Shown in pieces: positions 40,016-52,413 of a stretch of 64,000 nt of DNA. Below the pieces are notes generated by a model. The model ran no database searches. It had not been told where the DNA came from and saw only the letters and a program-made list of their open reading frames with translations. Position 1 is the stretch's first letter. Each line of letters begins with the position of its first letter. The stretch is from NCBI GenBank assembly GCA_013239625.1, contig MU054187.1:10933231-10997230 (forward strand). Direction: 5' to 3'. This stretch comes from Lama guanicoe. Lineage: Eukaryota. A program made the position numbers and the translations under genes.

Positions 40016-40713
40016 AAGACTTAATCTATTTCCTTTCTCTCCAAGAAATGTGAAAGCTTATCTCCCTTGATGCCTTTATTTCACTTTCTTTGATCTTCTG
40101 TTTACTTCTCCGCTCTTTTAAACTAGAATGCTCACCTCCCCTTGTCCTGCTAGGAACTGCTCTTCTGCCTCGGATGCATTCAGAGGACTTAATATTAGCG
40201 TACAATATTACGTGCAAGGCATTAAAAAGATAGTGTGTGTGTGTAAATATGCACTTCTTCAGGTAAACATGGTAATAATTTTGTGATGATCACAGCACCA
40301 CAATACTGTGACGTGTATCTATCCAGTCCTGAAGAAGCTGTGTCAGGGTAGCTCTCTGTAGAGTGTGACTGTCCTGCCTAACCCATGCTGGCCGAAAGAA
40401 TTATGACAGTGATCCAGGTGGGATCATCCTTCAGTCCACATATATTTCTGGAGGGGGATTTTGCCCTAGTCCTTATTTAAAATCAGAAAAAGTTTACATT
40501 AAAAATGACTGAATTATGAAATGAGAATATACACACTATTAAACCGTGAATTTATGCATAACTGTAGTCACTGTATATTCTGAGTGTCGTTCTGGTGTTA
40601 ATTTCAGTTAATCCTCTCTAAAAATTGGTCAGACCAGAAGAGAATCGTGTTTAATGGACTGTTTTTTTTTTTCCCTAGTCCAGCATATTACCTCTTCTTC
40701 TCTCATTGTGCAG

Positions 40714-40773
40714 GTTCTGCTGATCTTCTTCTTTGTGTTCCATGTTCCTCTTGTCCCGCACTGGTCTACTCTG
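40714..40773 (+). CDS. C8orf34: C8orf34 orthologue penultimate coding exon (60 nt, RSADLLLCVPCSSCPALVYS)
   Basis: Acceptor ctcttcttctctcattgtgcag|GT and donor CTG|gtacgt; phase 1-1. Matches recalled human RSADLLLCVPCSSCPTLVYSG. Confidence 0.95.
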
Positions 40774-41877
40774 GTACGTTTGCTCAGGGCACTTAATATC
40801 AATGTCAGGTAACGGGCACCATTTACAACTACTCAAAAGTTCTGATTTTTAAAAAAAAAATACATAGTCCTCATGACCTACAATGAGAAAAAGATTTTCC
40901 TCCAATGACTCTGCATGATGTTTTCTCTTTCTTTTGTGATGTTCTGTGGATCTCAGGCTGCTCAGTGAGTCTGTGTTCTCCGATGCTGAGGAAGTGGGAC
41001 TTGAAACCCCTACTCCCTGGCAGTAATTCATGTTTAGAAATTCATGTTTAGATATATGAAAACCTACACCCCCATTGTGCGGACTGTGGACTCAATAACA
41101 CCGTTAAATGTATCTTGGAGATACAACGTCTCAGAATGACTTCACATCCACGACATGAGGCTGTTATATGAACTGGCTACACAAAGATGAACAATGCTCA
41201 GCATTTTCTCTCAAGTGTGTTACAGAGGGAAGGAAAGGGTTGAGTTTGTCCGCAGCATTCAGAGAATCACAGAATATCAAGATGAGAAAGAATTTTAGAA
41301 TTATCGACTTCTCTTTCCATCTAATGCTTATCTCCTCTGCAATACCCCTACCAAATGATTAACCAGCTTCTATGTGAACATCTTGAGTAATGGGAGGTAC
41401 ACCCCTCCCGTGCTCTGCTCTAATTGCTCACTGACTAATAATTTTGCATTAAGGAATCACCTAAGGAAATACTTTCTGCAATGCACTACTGTGTAGTTAT
41501 CAGAATACTATTATGTTCATTGCATATGTTTTATAATAAAACTTGGAAACTGTCTTATAATAAAACATGGAAAATGTAAAAAATGGAAACAACCTAATGA
41601 CCAAAAAAGGAGGATTGATTAAAAAAAAATAGCGATCTATATAATGGAATACTGTGCATCTATTATGAAGAATGAGATAGTTATTAATGGGATATATACA
41701 TAGATTTGTACTGATATTAACTGGATCCACCTATTTATCTTCTATGTCTATATATATTCTGGTGTGGAAACATTTTTAGAATATTGTTACATTTAAAAAG
41801 TGAGTCACAAGACAGTATATTAGATGTAATTCATTTTTTGTTATATATAAATGCATAAACACATTCACAGTTGTATA

Positions 41878-42089
41878 CACTTGACCCTTGAACAATGTGG
41901 GGGTTAAGGTACCCATTCTCCACATAGTTGGAAATCCATATATTACCTCACAGTCGACTCTCTGTACCTGTGGTTTCACATTTGTGAATTGAGTCAACTG
42001 TGGATTGTATAGAACATATTTATTGGGAAGAAAATCCACATGTAAATGGGCCTGCACAGTTCAAACCCATGTTGTTCAAGGCTCAGCTG
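41878..42089. mobile_element. Tigger-derived MITE (MER8/Tigger2a-like)
   Basis: TIRs cacttgacccttgaacaa / ttgttcaaggctcagctg, flanked by TA on both sides. Confidence 0.88.
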
Positions 42090-42129
42090 TATTTGCATCT
42101 GCACAATACTGTCTGGGTGGTTACAAACA

Positions 42130-42630
42130 AAAAATGTCTTGAAAAGCTGTATGTACCCCCATGTTCATTGAAGCATTGTTTACAATGGCCAAGATATGGA
42201 AAAACCCAGGTGTCCATCAAGGGATGAACAGATAAATAAAATGTGTTGTACACACACACACACACGCACACACACACACACTAGAATATTACTGAGCCAT
42301 AAAAAAGATGAAATCTTGCCATTTACGATAACATGGACAGACCTTGAGGTCATTATGCTAAGTTTAATTAGTCAGACAGAGAAAAACAAAATTCTATATG
42401 ATGTCACTTCTATGTGGAATCTAAACACAACAAAACACCAAGCTTATATTTACAGAGAACAGCTTGGTGGCTGCCAGAGGCAGCGGGTAAGCAGAATGGA
42501 TGAAGGTGGTCAAAGGTACAGACTTCCAGTTGTAACAAAAATAAGTCATGAGGATGTAATGTACAGCATGGTGACCAAAAACAAACGAACAAACAACCCA
42601 TGCATTTAAGTTGTAATGTTTAAAAACTAC
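42130..42630 (+). mobile_element. L1 ORF2 end and 3'UTR fragment with internal (CA)n (about 42250-42281)
   Basis: ...EILPFTITWTDLEVIMLSLISQTEK resembles the ORF2 C-terminus. Confidence 0.85.
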
Positions 42631-43872
42631 TTTAAAAGAAATTACTCTCCTGTTTGCTCCAAAATCTAAAGCCCCGTAGCTGCCTTCTCTCTGGTTCTGT
42701 CCTTTTGTATCACACACAAAAATTGTATCTCTCTTCTAGGGGATAACCCTACCGTTGCAGGAACACGAAGATCATGTGGTTCTTCCTTAGTCCTTCAAAT
42801 GTTCTTTGTGTGACATATAGGCGTACTGCCCTTCAACCTGAGATCTCATGAGTAAATCATTCGTGGGATTTATCTGAAATAAAGGCTGACAATGAATCAG
42901 GAACTATGCCAAGAAAGGACACATCGCTGTCGTGGGTGACACCAGCTTCCTGGGTGATGAAGTCACACGTTGAACGTTCTTTACATCCAGTGCTGCTGCT
43001 GATTGCTGTGCCAGCATTAGGATGAGACAAGAGTACACAGCAGGAGAATCCCCTCTTGAAAGCAGTCAGAGGGCCCAGAGAAAGTGCTGTTTAAGGCCTG
43101 AGGGACTGCGCCAGATAGAGGAGTCAGCCGGAGCTGGTTGGGTTAAGTCTCGCATCCCAGATGAGGGAGAAGTGTTTGTACAAATAACCCAACCTCCGTC
43201 TTCACCATCTCCCTTCCTCCCTTCTGCTTTTCTCTCTCTCCCATCAAACAACGACTTACTGAGCAAGCACCGCGTGCAAACTGTTTTCAGGTCCTGTGAG
43301 AAATCTGGAGATTGATATGCTTCTTTTAAGGTGTTTATGGTCTAGTGGGTGAATCAGAAATATTAACTATAACTAAGGCACAAAGCAGAAAAAAAAATGT
43401 AAAATAAAGTATGCTCGAAGCACAGATGTAGCCGCTTGCTATCCCAGTCCTGTTCTTCTAGGAAAAAGTCAAGAACTTCTTTCCAGTCAAGCAGTGTGGA
43501 CAGACAGTTCCAGGGCTGAAGCCACTCTAGTTTTCTAAATTCAGTTTTCGTGATTCCTTCCAGGAGAGTAACTGTGTACACACCTTGCAGGTATTTCTCA
43601 CTGGCCATATTTGAAGAGAAGTCAATCTATTTTAACAGCTCAAGATATTTCTACATATTATATATGCAAAAAAAATGTTTTGCACAGATACCAGAAATTG
43701 ACATAATGGCGGTGAAATACGGGTAATAGAGGTGCTACCCTGCAGGCACTACCACTGTAAAAGTTCATATGGAGTCTAGGAAAGCATTAAAATCCCAATC
43801 TTTCTTTTTAATACACTGCTCTACAGACATATCATTAAGCACATCTTCTTTTATTTTGTTTCTCCCCTGCAG

Positions 43873-43880
43873 GTCTGTGA
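43873..43880 (+). CDS. C8orf34: C8orf34 orthologue terminal exon, coding part (G|GT CTG TGA = GL*)
   Basis: Strong acceptor ttttgtttctcccctgcag|GTCTGTGA completes the recalled ...VYSGL C-terminus. Confidence 0.9.
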
Positions 43881-44815
43881 AGCAGTTAGAAGAAGTTGCA
43901 AGTGGTCCTCAAAGAGATTGCAATTATTCAAATACTTCCGTATAGTTCTAATTTTATTTACTACATGTAATCACTTAGAGAATGGTTATTTTTATAATAT
44001 CAGTAATCAAATCAGTACTCTTGTAACTGGAGGGGTGCCTAAGTGTGTCAGCAGAGAACACTAACCCTGGCAAAGGATTCTGGCTTGGCCAGGATGCCTG
44101 CTGCCTTTTGACATGGTTAGTGTCCTGGGTTTAGATTACTTTATACCAAGCTATTAAGATTACTATTTGATACATTAAATATTGCCTGATTCAAATAACT
44201 CGGCTTAAAATTTTTTCTGTATTCTAACTTGTCTAGGGTTTTCTACTTCCTATATTTTTATAATATTTTCTCATTTTTTAGACTAATAAGCATTATACTT
44301 ACCCACTCGTGCCAAAATGTGCCATGTAGGTCTCTCTGGGAGTTAGCTCTTTGCTCATCACCTGCCATGTGTGTTCTGTGCAGCAGCAAGAGGCATATTT
44401 TCCACCACTGCTCCTTCCTCTGGTTATCTTCCCCGTTCCTATCAATGCAAATAATTGACATGTTAATTCAAAAAAAGCAGACCAATAAGGAATGAAATGC
44501 ATGCCCCAAACCACATGCAATGAAAATTGTTTGACCATGTATCCAATTATTGAACCCAATGAAGATGATCCATGTGAAATTTGACAGATGCTTGCTTTTG
44601 GAATGTGTGATGCATTGATGCTACATGAATGGAACTAAGTAAATCTATTGCGTATATTACTGTCCGTTTTATCTTATTTGTCTTACTCTAAGTTTACTTT
44701 CTGGACCTTTAAGGCATACAGTTAAATTATAAAACTGCCTGTATAAATGTCAAAGAAACAAATATTAAAGGCCAGAACATGGCTGAAGAATAAACAAAGA
44801 ACTTCCGACTGTATG
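43881..44815 (+). other. C8orf34: Probable C8orf34 3'UTR; candidate polyA signals ATTAAA 44764-44769 and AATAAA 44789-44794
   Basis: AT-rich sequence after the stop codon; the hexamers are seen directly, but the cleavage site is inferred. Confidence 0.55.
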
Positions 44816-44958
44816 AATGAAGTCATAGTCCTAAATCAAATAATATAATACATTTTCTTACATTAACATTTTTGTGTCCATAGAAACTCATGAGACTAAT
44901 TTTCTTCAGTTATTTTTTTATGGATAAAAACAAATTAAAGGCTTAGAAAACAGTATAT

Positions 44959-46205
44959 GTATTTTTTTATTGAGGTATAGTCAGTTTACAGTGTTGCATC
45001 AATTTCTGGTTACAGCACAATGCTTCAGTCATACGTGGATATACATATATTCATTTTCATATTCTTTTTCACTGTAAGCTACTACAAGACATTGAATATA
45101 TTTCCCTGTGCTATACAGTATGAACTTGTTTGTCTGTTTTGCATATACCAGTCAGTATCTGTAAATCTCGAACTCCCAGTTTATCCCTTCCCACCCCTCT
45201 CCCCCATGGCAACCACAAGTCTGTATTCTGTGTCTGTGAGTCTGCTTCTGTTTTATATATAAGTTCATTTGTCTATTTTTTTTTTTAGATTCCACATATG
45301 AGTGATATCACAGTCTATTTTTTAGATTCCACATATGAGTGATATCACATGGTATTTTTCTTTCTCTTTCTGGCTTACTTCAGTTAGAATGATATTCTCC
45401 AGGGCCATCCATGTTGCTGCAAATGGCATTATTTTCTCATTTTTTATAGCTGAATAGTATTCCATTGTATAAATACACCACAATTTCTTTATCCAGTCAT
45501 CTGTCGACGGGCATTTAAGTTGTTTCCATGTTTTGGCTATTGTAAATAGTGCTGCTATGAGCATTGGGGTGCAGGTGTCTTGTTGAATTAAGGTCCCCTC
45601 TGGATATATGCCCAGGAGTGGGATTGCTGGGTCATATGGTAAGTCTGTTTTTAGTCTTTTAAGGAATCTCCATACTGTTTTCCATAATGGCTGCACCAAA
45701 CTGCATTTCCACCAACAATGTAGGAGGGTTCCCTTTTCTCCACAGCCTCTCCAGCATTTATCATTTGTGGACTTTTGAATGATGGCCATTCTGGCTGGTG
45801 TGAGGTGATACCTCATTGTAGTTTTGATTTGCATTTCTCTGACAATTAGTGATATTGAGCATTTTTTCATGTGCCTATTGGTCATTCGTATGTCTTCATT
45901 GGAGCATTGCTTGTTTAGGTCTTCTGCCTATTTTTGGATTGGGTTGTTTGTTTTTTTTCTTATTAAGTCATATGAGCTGTTTATATGTTCTGGAAATCAA
46001 GCCCTTGTCAGTCTCATCTTCTGCAAATATTTTCTCCCATTCCATAGGTTGTCATTTTGTTTTGCAAATGGTTTCCTTTGCTGTGCAAAAACTTGTAAGT
46101 TTAATTAGGTCCTATTTGGGGTTTTTTGCTTTTATTTCTATGTCTTGGGTAGACTGTTCTAGCAGAACATTGCTGATATGTATGTGAGATAATGTTTTAC
46201 CTCTG
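44959..46205 (-). mobile_element. Relatively young 5'-truncated L1 (about 1.25 kb)
   Basis: Intact 187-aa ORF2 C-terminus (45885-45322) with the Cys motif [18 protein letters not shown]; 13-bp TSD gaaaacagtatat at 44946-44958 and 46206-46218. Confidence 0.95.
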
Positions 46206-46604
46206 GAAAACAGTATATTTTTTGAGCAGAAAAGAGAGAAGGCAAGAGAGTAAGTTTATGGGACCAGAGCACCCCTCTATTTAAAAATCCTTACTATGAA
46301 GAATACTTTCAAAAATGTTCAACTGAGGATACAAATGTTCTTCCAGCTGAGAGTCTTTCTGTAAAACCTGTCACCCCTAATGCCTTCATCTGAGCCATCC
46401 TTTCCTCCAGCCGTCACTTGGTCAGTTTCTGTCCTCCTCTTGCCCACTGGCCTTTTCCTGGAGACAGTCACCCTACTAAGTACCACATCGACCTCAGGAC
46501 AATGTTGTGTGAGTTGACCATTACTTCACTTCCTTTCTTTAGGAAAGGGATGGCTCTTCCACAGGTCTCTGAGAATATCAACTCCCCCTTCCCTGCTTCA
46601 TATA

Positions 46605-47600
46605 AGGCTTATTCAACAAGTATTGGTCAAAGTTCCCTGTTTATGTAATACCACATTAGACCAAGGGACAGCAGTGTTGGGAAAGACATTGTCCTTGCAT
46701 TCGTGGAGCTAGGTGGCTAGTATGAACACAACATGAAAAGAAATAGTCATTTGTAGCAGAGCTTAAGCGTGAAGTACAGGATGCTAAGGAGGAACATCTA
46801 ATCGACACTGAAGATAAGGACTCTTGGTCTTTGGTTAACCTGCAATCTAAAGGGCGAGGGAAAGTGGTTCAGGTGAAACTGGAGGAGATTGAGGAGAATT
46901 AGGGGTAGTAATGGAAAAAGGAGTTGAAGAATATTTTGAGAAAGTAGCACATGTAAAGATTCAGAGACAAGGAAGAGCGTGGTGTACCAGGTGAAACGAA
47001 CAGCTGAGTATTTCTGGAGTGTAGGGGATGCACAGTATTGTCAAGTGATGCTGATGAGAAGTTAGTAGCAGCCAAACTGTACAGGGTAGTACAAGACGTA
47101 TCCCATTCGAAGGAAGAGCAAGACACATGGAAGACTTTGAGCGGGTGGATGGTAAGATTTTCATTTTAGAAAGACAACACTTGACTTCAGTGTAGGAAGT
47201 GGATTGTCAAGGGACAAGACTGGAGACTGAGAGAATGCCTAGGACACTTTCAGTAAGCAACGTGGGAGACAGACATGTGCACAGACAGAAGAGGAATTCA
47301 GACAGTTGATGATTAAAGATGAGTGGGAGGAATTGCACTTAATGGCCAAGATTTCTGGCCAAGAATCTCCACCAAGATTTCTGGTAGTGAAATGTTTAGA
47401 ATGAGGGGAAGATGTTGAGTTCAGTTGGGGACATGTCGAACTTAAAGAGACTGGGGACCTCGCCAAGACTTTGAGCATCAGCAACATAAAGATAATCAAA
47501 CAGAGCAGAGCAGAGATCAGCGCAGTAGCTGGCATCACCCAAGGAAAGCGCGTGCAGTGAAAACAGAGCAGAAGCCGCAGGAACACCCACCTCAGCGCTT
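46605..47600 (-). mobile_element. L2 relic (about 1 kb)
   Basis: attcaacaagtatt...gtccttgcattcgtggagct...gagttcagttggggacatgtcgaactt. Confidence 0.7.
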
Positions 47601-49399
47601 AAGGGACCAAAAAAGTAATTTCAAGAGTTAAGATTTTATGTACACTGGACAGGGTGGGTGGCCTACACGCTGTTTCTAGGAAGCAGAAGGTCAAAATCAA
47701 TGCACTTCGAGGTCCCCAGTTCCTGTAAGCACAGCTGGGCTTCAGAGGGAGAGACCAGCATGGACTATTTGTGGAACAACGTTTAGTAGTCTCGTCTGAT
47801 GAGACTGTGGAAGCTTCCTGTGCATGGACGGGATAAAAAGCAGCTACATGGGAGTGGGGGCAGGGGCAGGCGCGGGGGGCGGAATGTAAAGAACACGCTT
47901 TCCTTTATTTAGGAAGAAAAACTCGGGCATTGCCGATTTGGAATCTTTTTAGTCAGGGTGTGAGAGAGTTACCTTGATAATCCCTTCTTCTTTGGTTAAT
48001 AGTGATGAAGAGACAACCAGATTCTTTAGGAAAAGACTAAGAATAAGACCTGCTGCAACATTGTTGTTGTTTTGTAGACACTCAGAATCTTTATTTGTTT
48101 AAATGTATTAACCACTTAATTTTGACCCAGTTGACATACTTCTCTCTTTAGTCAAAAGCACAAGGACTTACCTACAGCATTTTCCATAATTCTTACTGTA
48201 TGATATATAAAGACAAAAATGATTAAGGTAGCTTTTTTTCCCAGGAGTTTAAATTTTTAACCCTCTGAAATAAAGCTCTTATGACTCTTTCCTGCTGCAA
48301 TGTTTTTATCTTCCTTTTTTTCTTCAGAGTAATTAAACCCAAGTTTTTAGTTGGTTATAAGGAAAATAGCCATCACCAGCTGCTGAGCTCAGTCTTGCAA
48401 GGCACTGCTTTGAGGGATCTGTCATTTTCCGCGGTCCTAGGGACAGAGCTGTCTGGCTGTAAATTGTGTCTTGCCTATACTGATATTTTTTGGTTTTTCA
48501 ACTTGCTTTTGGCTCTCGTACCACTATTGTTTGTTTGTTTTTTTTTAAAAAAAGTCTGTGACGCCTTCTTGTCTCTTTTGAGTCTGATGTTTATAGACCC
48601 CCATCTCCACGCAAAGCCAACCTAAGTGGATTTGGATATAAGTGGAAGCTGTGATTTAACAACTCTTCTCATTATTTTAATCATTTTAAATGTGTCTGAA
48701 GATCCCTGAGTGCTACGTGCAAAATGACAATAGTAGCATGATCCAGTGTCTGAAAAACATCCAGCAGAGTTGTCACAGCAATTTTCTCCTAGAAGCTGCC
48801 TTGCCATCATGGCAAGGGGGGTGAAGGACTTTGCAGTGGACGTGGCTTCTCGGGGGAGATGGCCAACAGATGGCTTAAAAATGGAGACTCTGAGAGAGCT
48901 GGCCACCACGCTGGCGGACCTGTAGCTTCCAGCCCAGCCGGTTACAGCTGCGCCTGCAGGGCCCTTTATAAACCACAGGCATGCGACTGAATGACCACCC
49001 CAGGCTTACCACCTGGCTCCCGAGGGAGAGGGGAACTATTGTGCTTGTGGAGATTTTATTACCGTATTTTGCAGAACTTTTTAGGTGAAGATCACGAGCG
49101 TATACATGAAAATTTTCTTAGAGCAGGATCAGGATCGTATTCTCAGGGGCTTAAACTGAGCTGTGGACATTTGCGTTTCATTGTGGAAAACAACCGTGTC
49201 TGTATCTTGAGTAAGTTATGAGGCAGGTTTTAGCATCTTTTGGATACTTCCTGTTTGAACTTGCTGGGAAGTGTCTTTCCGTGGGTCTGTGAGAGAGGTT
49301 AGTATTGCTCATCCTCTCTAATCTCACATCTTCTTCCTCGGCGCGTGAAGAATTTCCCAGCCCGAGGCAGTCAGGCAGGTCTGTATGACTGATTCTGAC

Positions 49400-49695
49400 C
49401 AGTGGGTCAGCAGTGGATGGGATTTGGACAATTTCCAGCCCAAGGCATTTAGTAGAGATGTAGTTCTCCACACTCCCTTTTTTTCTTTTCTTTTTTTTTT
49501 TTTTCTGCTTCAGTGATTCTGGATGTTGTAAATTGAGACAGCAGAGTCTAAAGATGTTTGGGTTCATGATGACGTGCAGAGTTCCTGCTGACCTGTATTA
49601 ACAGGTAACATGAGTGAAAAATAAACCTTTTTCAGCCTGGGAGGTTCGGGGTTTACTTGTTACTCATAGCACAATATGCCTTATTTTGAATAACA
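49400..49695 (+). mobile_element. Old MLT1 LTR fragment
   Basis: catgagtgaaaaataaacc...ggggtttacttgttactcatagca. Confidence 0.5.
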
Positions 49696-50861
49696 CTAGA
49701 TCAAATTCTCTCCTTGCAGAAGATGATGGCTTCAAAACATGCAGTTCTAGGTGATGCTAGCCTAGCCTTTACAGGCATTCCTGAGCTTAGAGCAAGTGTG
49801 ATTGATCAGGATCCTGTTTTTAAAGAAATTACCGGTTGTACTTTGAGAAAAGTTGATGTGACTAACATGCATTCATAAAGTAGATGAAAATGTCCATCTA
49901 AAATGGCTTACCTTGACTTATTCTAATTTTTTTATGACTTCAAATAATTAATACTTGTGTAAATAACCACATTTGCCAGACAGTCGTGTCGTTTTAACAT
50001 TCTGTCTCATAAATCTGTCTGCAATTTGGGGTTTAAATGACTCTAGAAGGTCAAGATAGAATCAAATTTTACATGGAAAAAAGAGTTCGCTTCCCAAGGC
50101 TTTGAGGTTTATCAAATAGAGTAAGAGGGTATGACATTCCCACAGGGAGATCCAAACCATAGGACAGCAGATCTTACGGAACTGATTGTATAATTTCATA
50201 TGTGTTACTGTCATGTTTTAAACACCTTACTTTCTATCTTTGGTGGATTGTATTCCAAAGACAGGACTGTATGCTTTGGAAAATTCTTTTGATCATGTTA
50301 GTTATAAAAGTCATTGGAAAATAAAGTTTACATAGGGATCTGTGCCAATGATAGCCGGCTTTAAACATAGCCTTATACTAAAGGGAATACTGTTATGCCA
50401 AAACAGACATCTGTTGAAAGAAAAAGGCAAGGATAGTGTATTAGAGTAATAGGGCCATTTGGTTTGTTGTTTAGAAATGTGTGTTTGAAAACATACTGCA
50501 CCCCTGAGAATCAGTGTAGGTTTAGACACTGTAACTAACCCCTCTGAGTGTCAGAACAATACTAATAATGTTCTTATACCTGCTGCTGTGGCTGTGAAGC
50601 TAAGCTGGGCCTTCTGCTCTATGCTGTATGCCTTATGTCACTTAATTCTTCCCACGGTTCAGGGAGGCTTAGCGAAATCTAAGACCCCGCCTCTGCTTTT
50701 GCCATCAGTGTGGGACAGAGGCTCCGTTCGACGGTGTCCTAGTCCAGTGCTATTAATCACCTTGCCAGAGGGCTTATTTATCCATGACATAGTAACAGCC
50801 ACACTTAGGTAAGTGTGGTATGTATGTAATGTATGTAACGCCCCAACTTGGTGAAAGATAC

Positions 50862-51237
50862 TGTCTTCGTGTGTTAGGGCTGTCACACAAAATACCGGAG
50901 ACTGGCGGCTTACGTAATAGAAATTGACCTTCTCACAGTTTCAGAGGCTGGAAATCCAAGATCCAGGCGCCAGCGTGGTGTGGTTCTGGTGAGGGCTCTT
51001 TTCCTGGCTTGCAGACAACCAACTTCTCACTGTGTCCTGTGAAGGCGAGAGGGAGCAACAGCTCTTGACTCTCTTCCTCCTCTTACAGGGACACTAAGTC
51101 CATCACGGGGGCCCGCCTTCATCACCTCATCAAAATCTAATCACCTACCAAAGTCCCCACCTCCAAATACCACCACATTGGAAGGTAAGGCTTCAACATA
51201 GGAATTCTGGGGACACGTGACTCTTCAGTCGATAGCA
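50862..51237 (-). mobile_element. MLT1A-like solo LTR
   Basis: TG...CA ends and a perfect 5-bp TSD gatac (50857-50861 / 51238-51242); ttctcacagtttcagaggctggaaatccaagatc. Confidence 0.9.
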
Positions 51238-51564
51238 GATACAGTGCTAAGTAAATGGCAGTAATACCGTTTTGACAGTAGCAGTACTACTGTTATTGAC
51301 CTTCTTAAGAAATGGCTGTAGAAATGGAGGTATCAGGTCTCTGGGTCTTCAGCACCCTCTGAGAGTCTAGCAATTGGACATGGACATTTTAATATGTATC
51401 GGAAAAGTGGAATTCAGTTTGATCGCCACGTCTCTAAAAATAGCTTATGTGACTGTGAATCCCCGTTGCCATCCGTGGAGCTAAACCATGGAGACAACCT
51501 CAGATTGCAGCCTGCAGGTCCCGCGTGACTGCCTAAGGCCAAGTTGTACTTACCCTTCTAACCC

Positions 51565-51745
51565 AAGTCATTCTCAAAACTGTACCAACTAATCACTCGG
51601 AATGATTCTTAAAAAATACTCAGGGTTGAGATCCAATCCCAGAGCAATGCATCAGAATATCCTGGGGTGAAGACCAGGCATGAGTGTTTGTGAATATCCT
51701 ACGATGATTTTTCTGTGCAGCCACGGCTTAGAAACACCACCACTG
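51565..51745. mobile_element. MER5-family relic
   Basis: cattctcaaaactgt...gcagccacggcttagaaacacca. Confidence 0.55.
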
Positions 51746-51924
51746 ACGTGCTGTTTGTGAGCAGTGATGTTGCTCATTAAAGAGATTGGAAGACTCCATT
51801 TGCTTTTTAAGCAAAAGTTAATCACACCTATGATTTTATTCATGAAACAGATTTGTAGTTATACCTTATAAGATCATCTCTTGTTAAATTACTGTCTTTT
51901 GTTAAGAAGATGTTTCGAGGGTTT

Positions 51925-52090
51925 GTCATTCTTTTATCTCATCTAATCTTCACAGCAGCCCTAAGACGTTGCTTTGTGATTGTCCCCATTTTATAGATGG
52001 GATAACTGAGACCCAGGGAAAGTGAGTTAACTCAGCTGAGGTGAGACAGGAGGTTCCAAGGCAGGTCTATAAACCTTGAGACTAGACTCC
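51925..52090 (-). mobile_element. MIR relic
   Basis: tgtccccattttatagatgggataactgagacccagggaaagtgagttaact. Confidence 0.8.
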
Positions 52091-52413
52091 ACCAGGACTG
52101 GATGTGAGCCATCCAGGTTATATTATAACTTCATGAAGTTGCGTCATGGAAGGATTGATGATGGTGATTCTGGAAGATAACCTCTGAGGATGTCCTGCTA
52201 CCATTCCCACGGGCTGCATTTCCAGCACATCACCCCTCGCCCTGAATCACATACAGCCACGAGCAGGCACTCCCGGCCACTTCGAAACTGAGCCCCCCTA
52301 AAACGGAGTTCCTCTGCCGAGGTTAGGATTAAGCTCCCTATCCCAAATCTTATTCCTTTTCTTGTCCTACACCTGTTCCCCTCAAGACTGAGGAGTATCA
52401 AGGAAGGAGGGAC

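Noticed and set aside
41025..41052. 14-bp direct repeat aattcatgtttaga x2 (similar short duplications near 20070, 26965 and 35812)
   Set aside because: Two adjacent copies without spacers are ordinary slippage duplications, not a CRISPR-like or regulatory array.
45322..45885. 187-aa ORF as a host gene
   Set aside because: It is the L1 ORF2 C-terminus inside a TSD-flanked truncated insertion.
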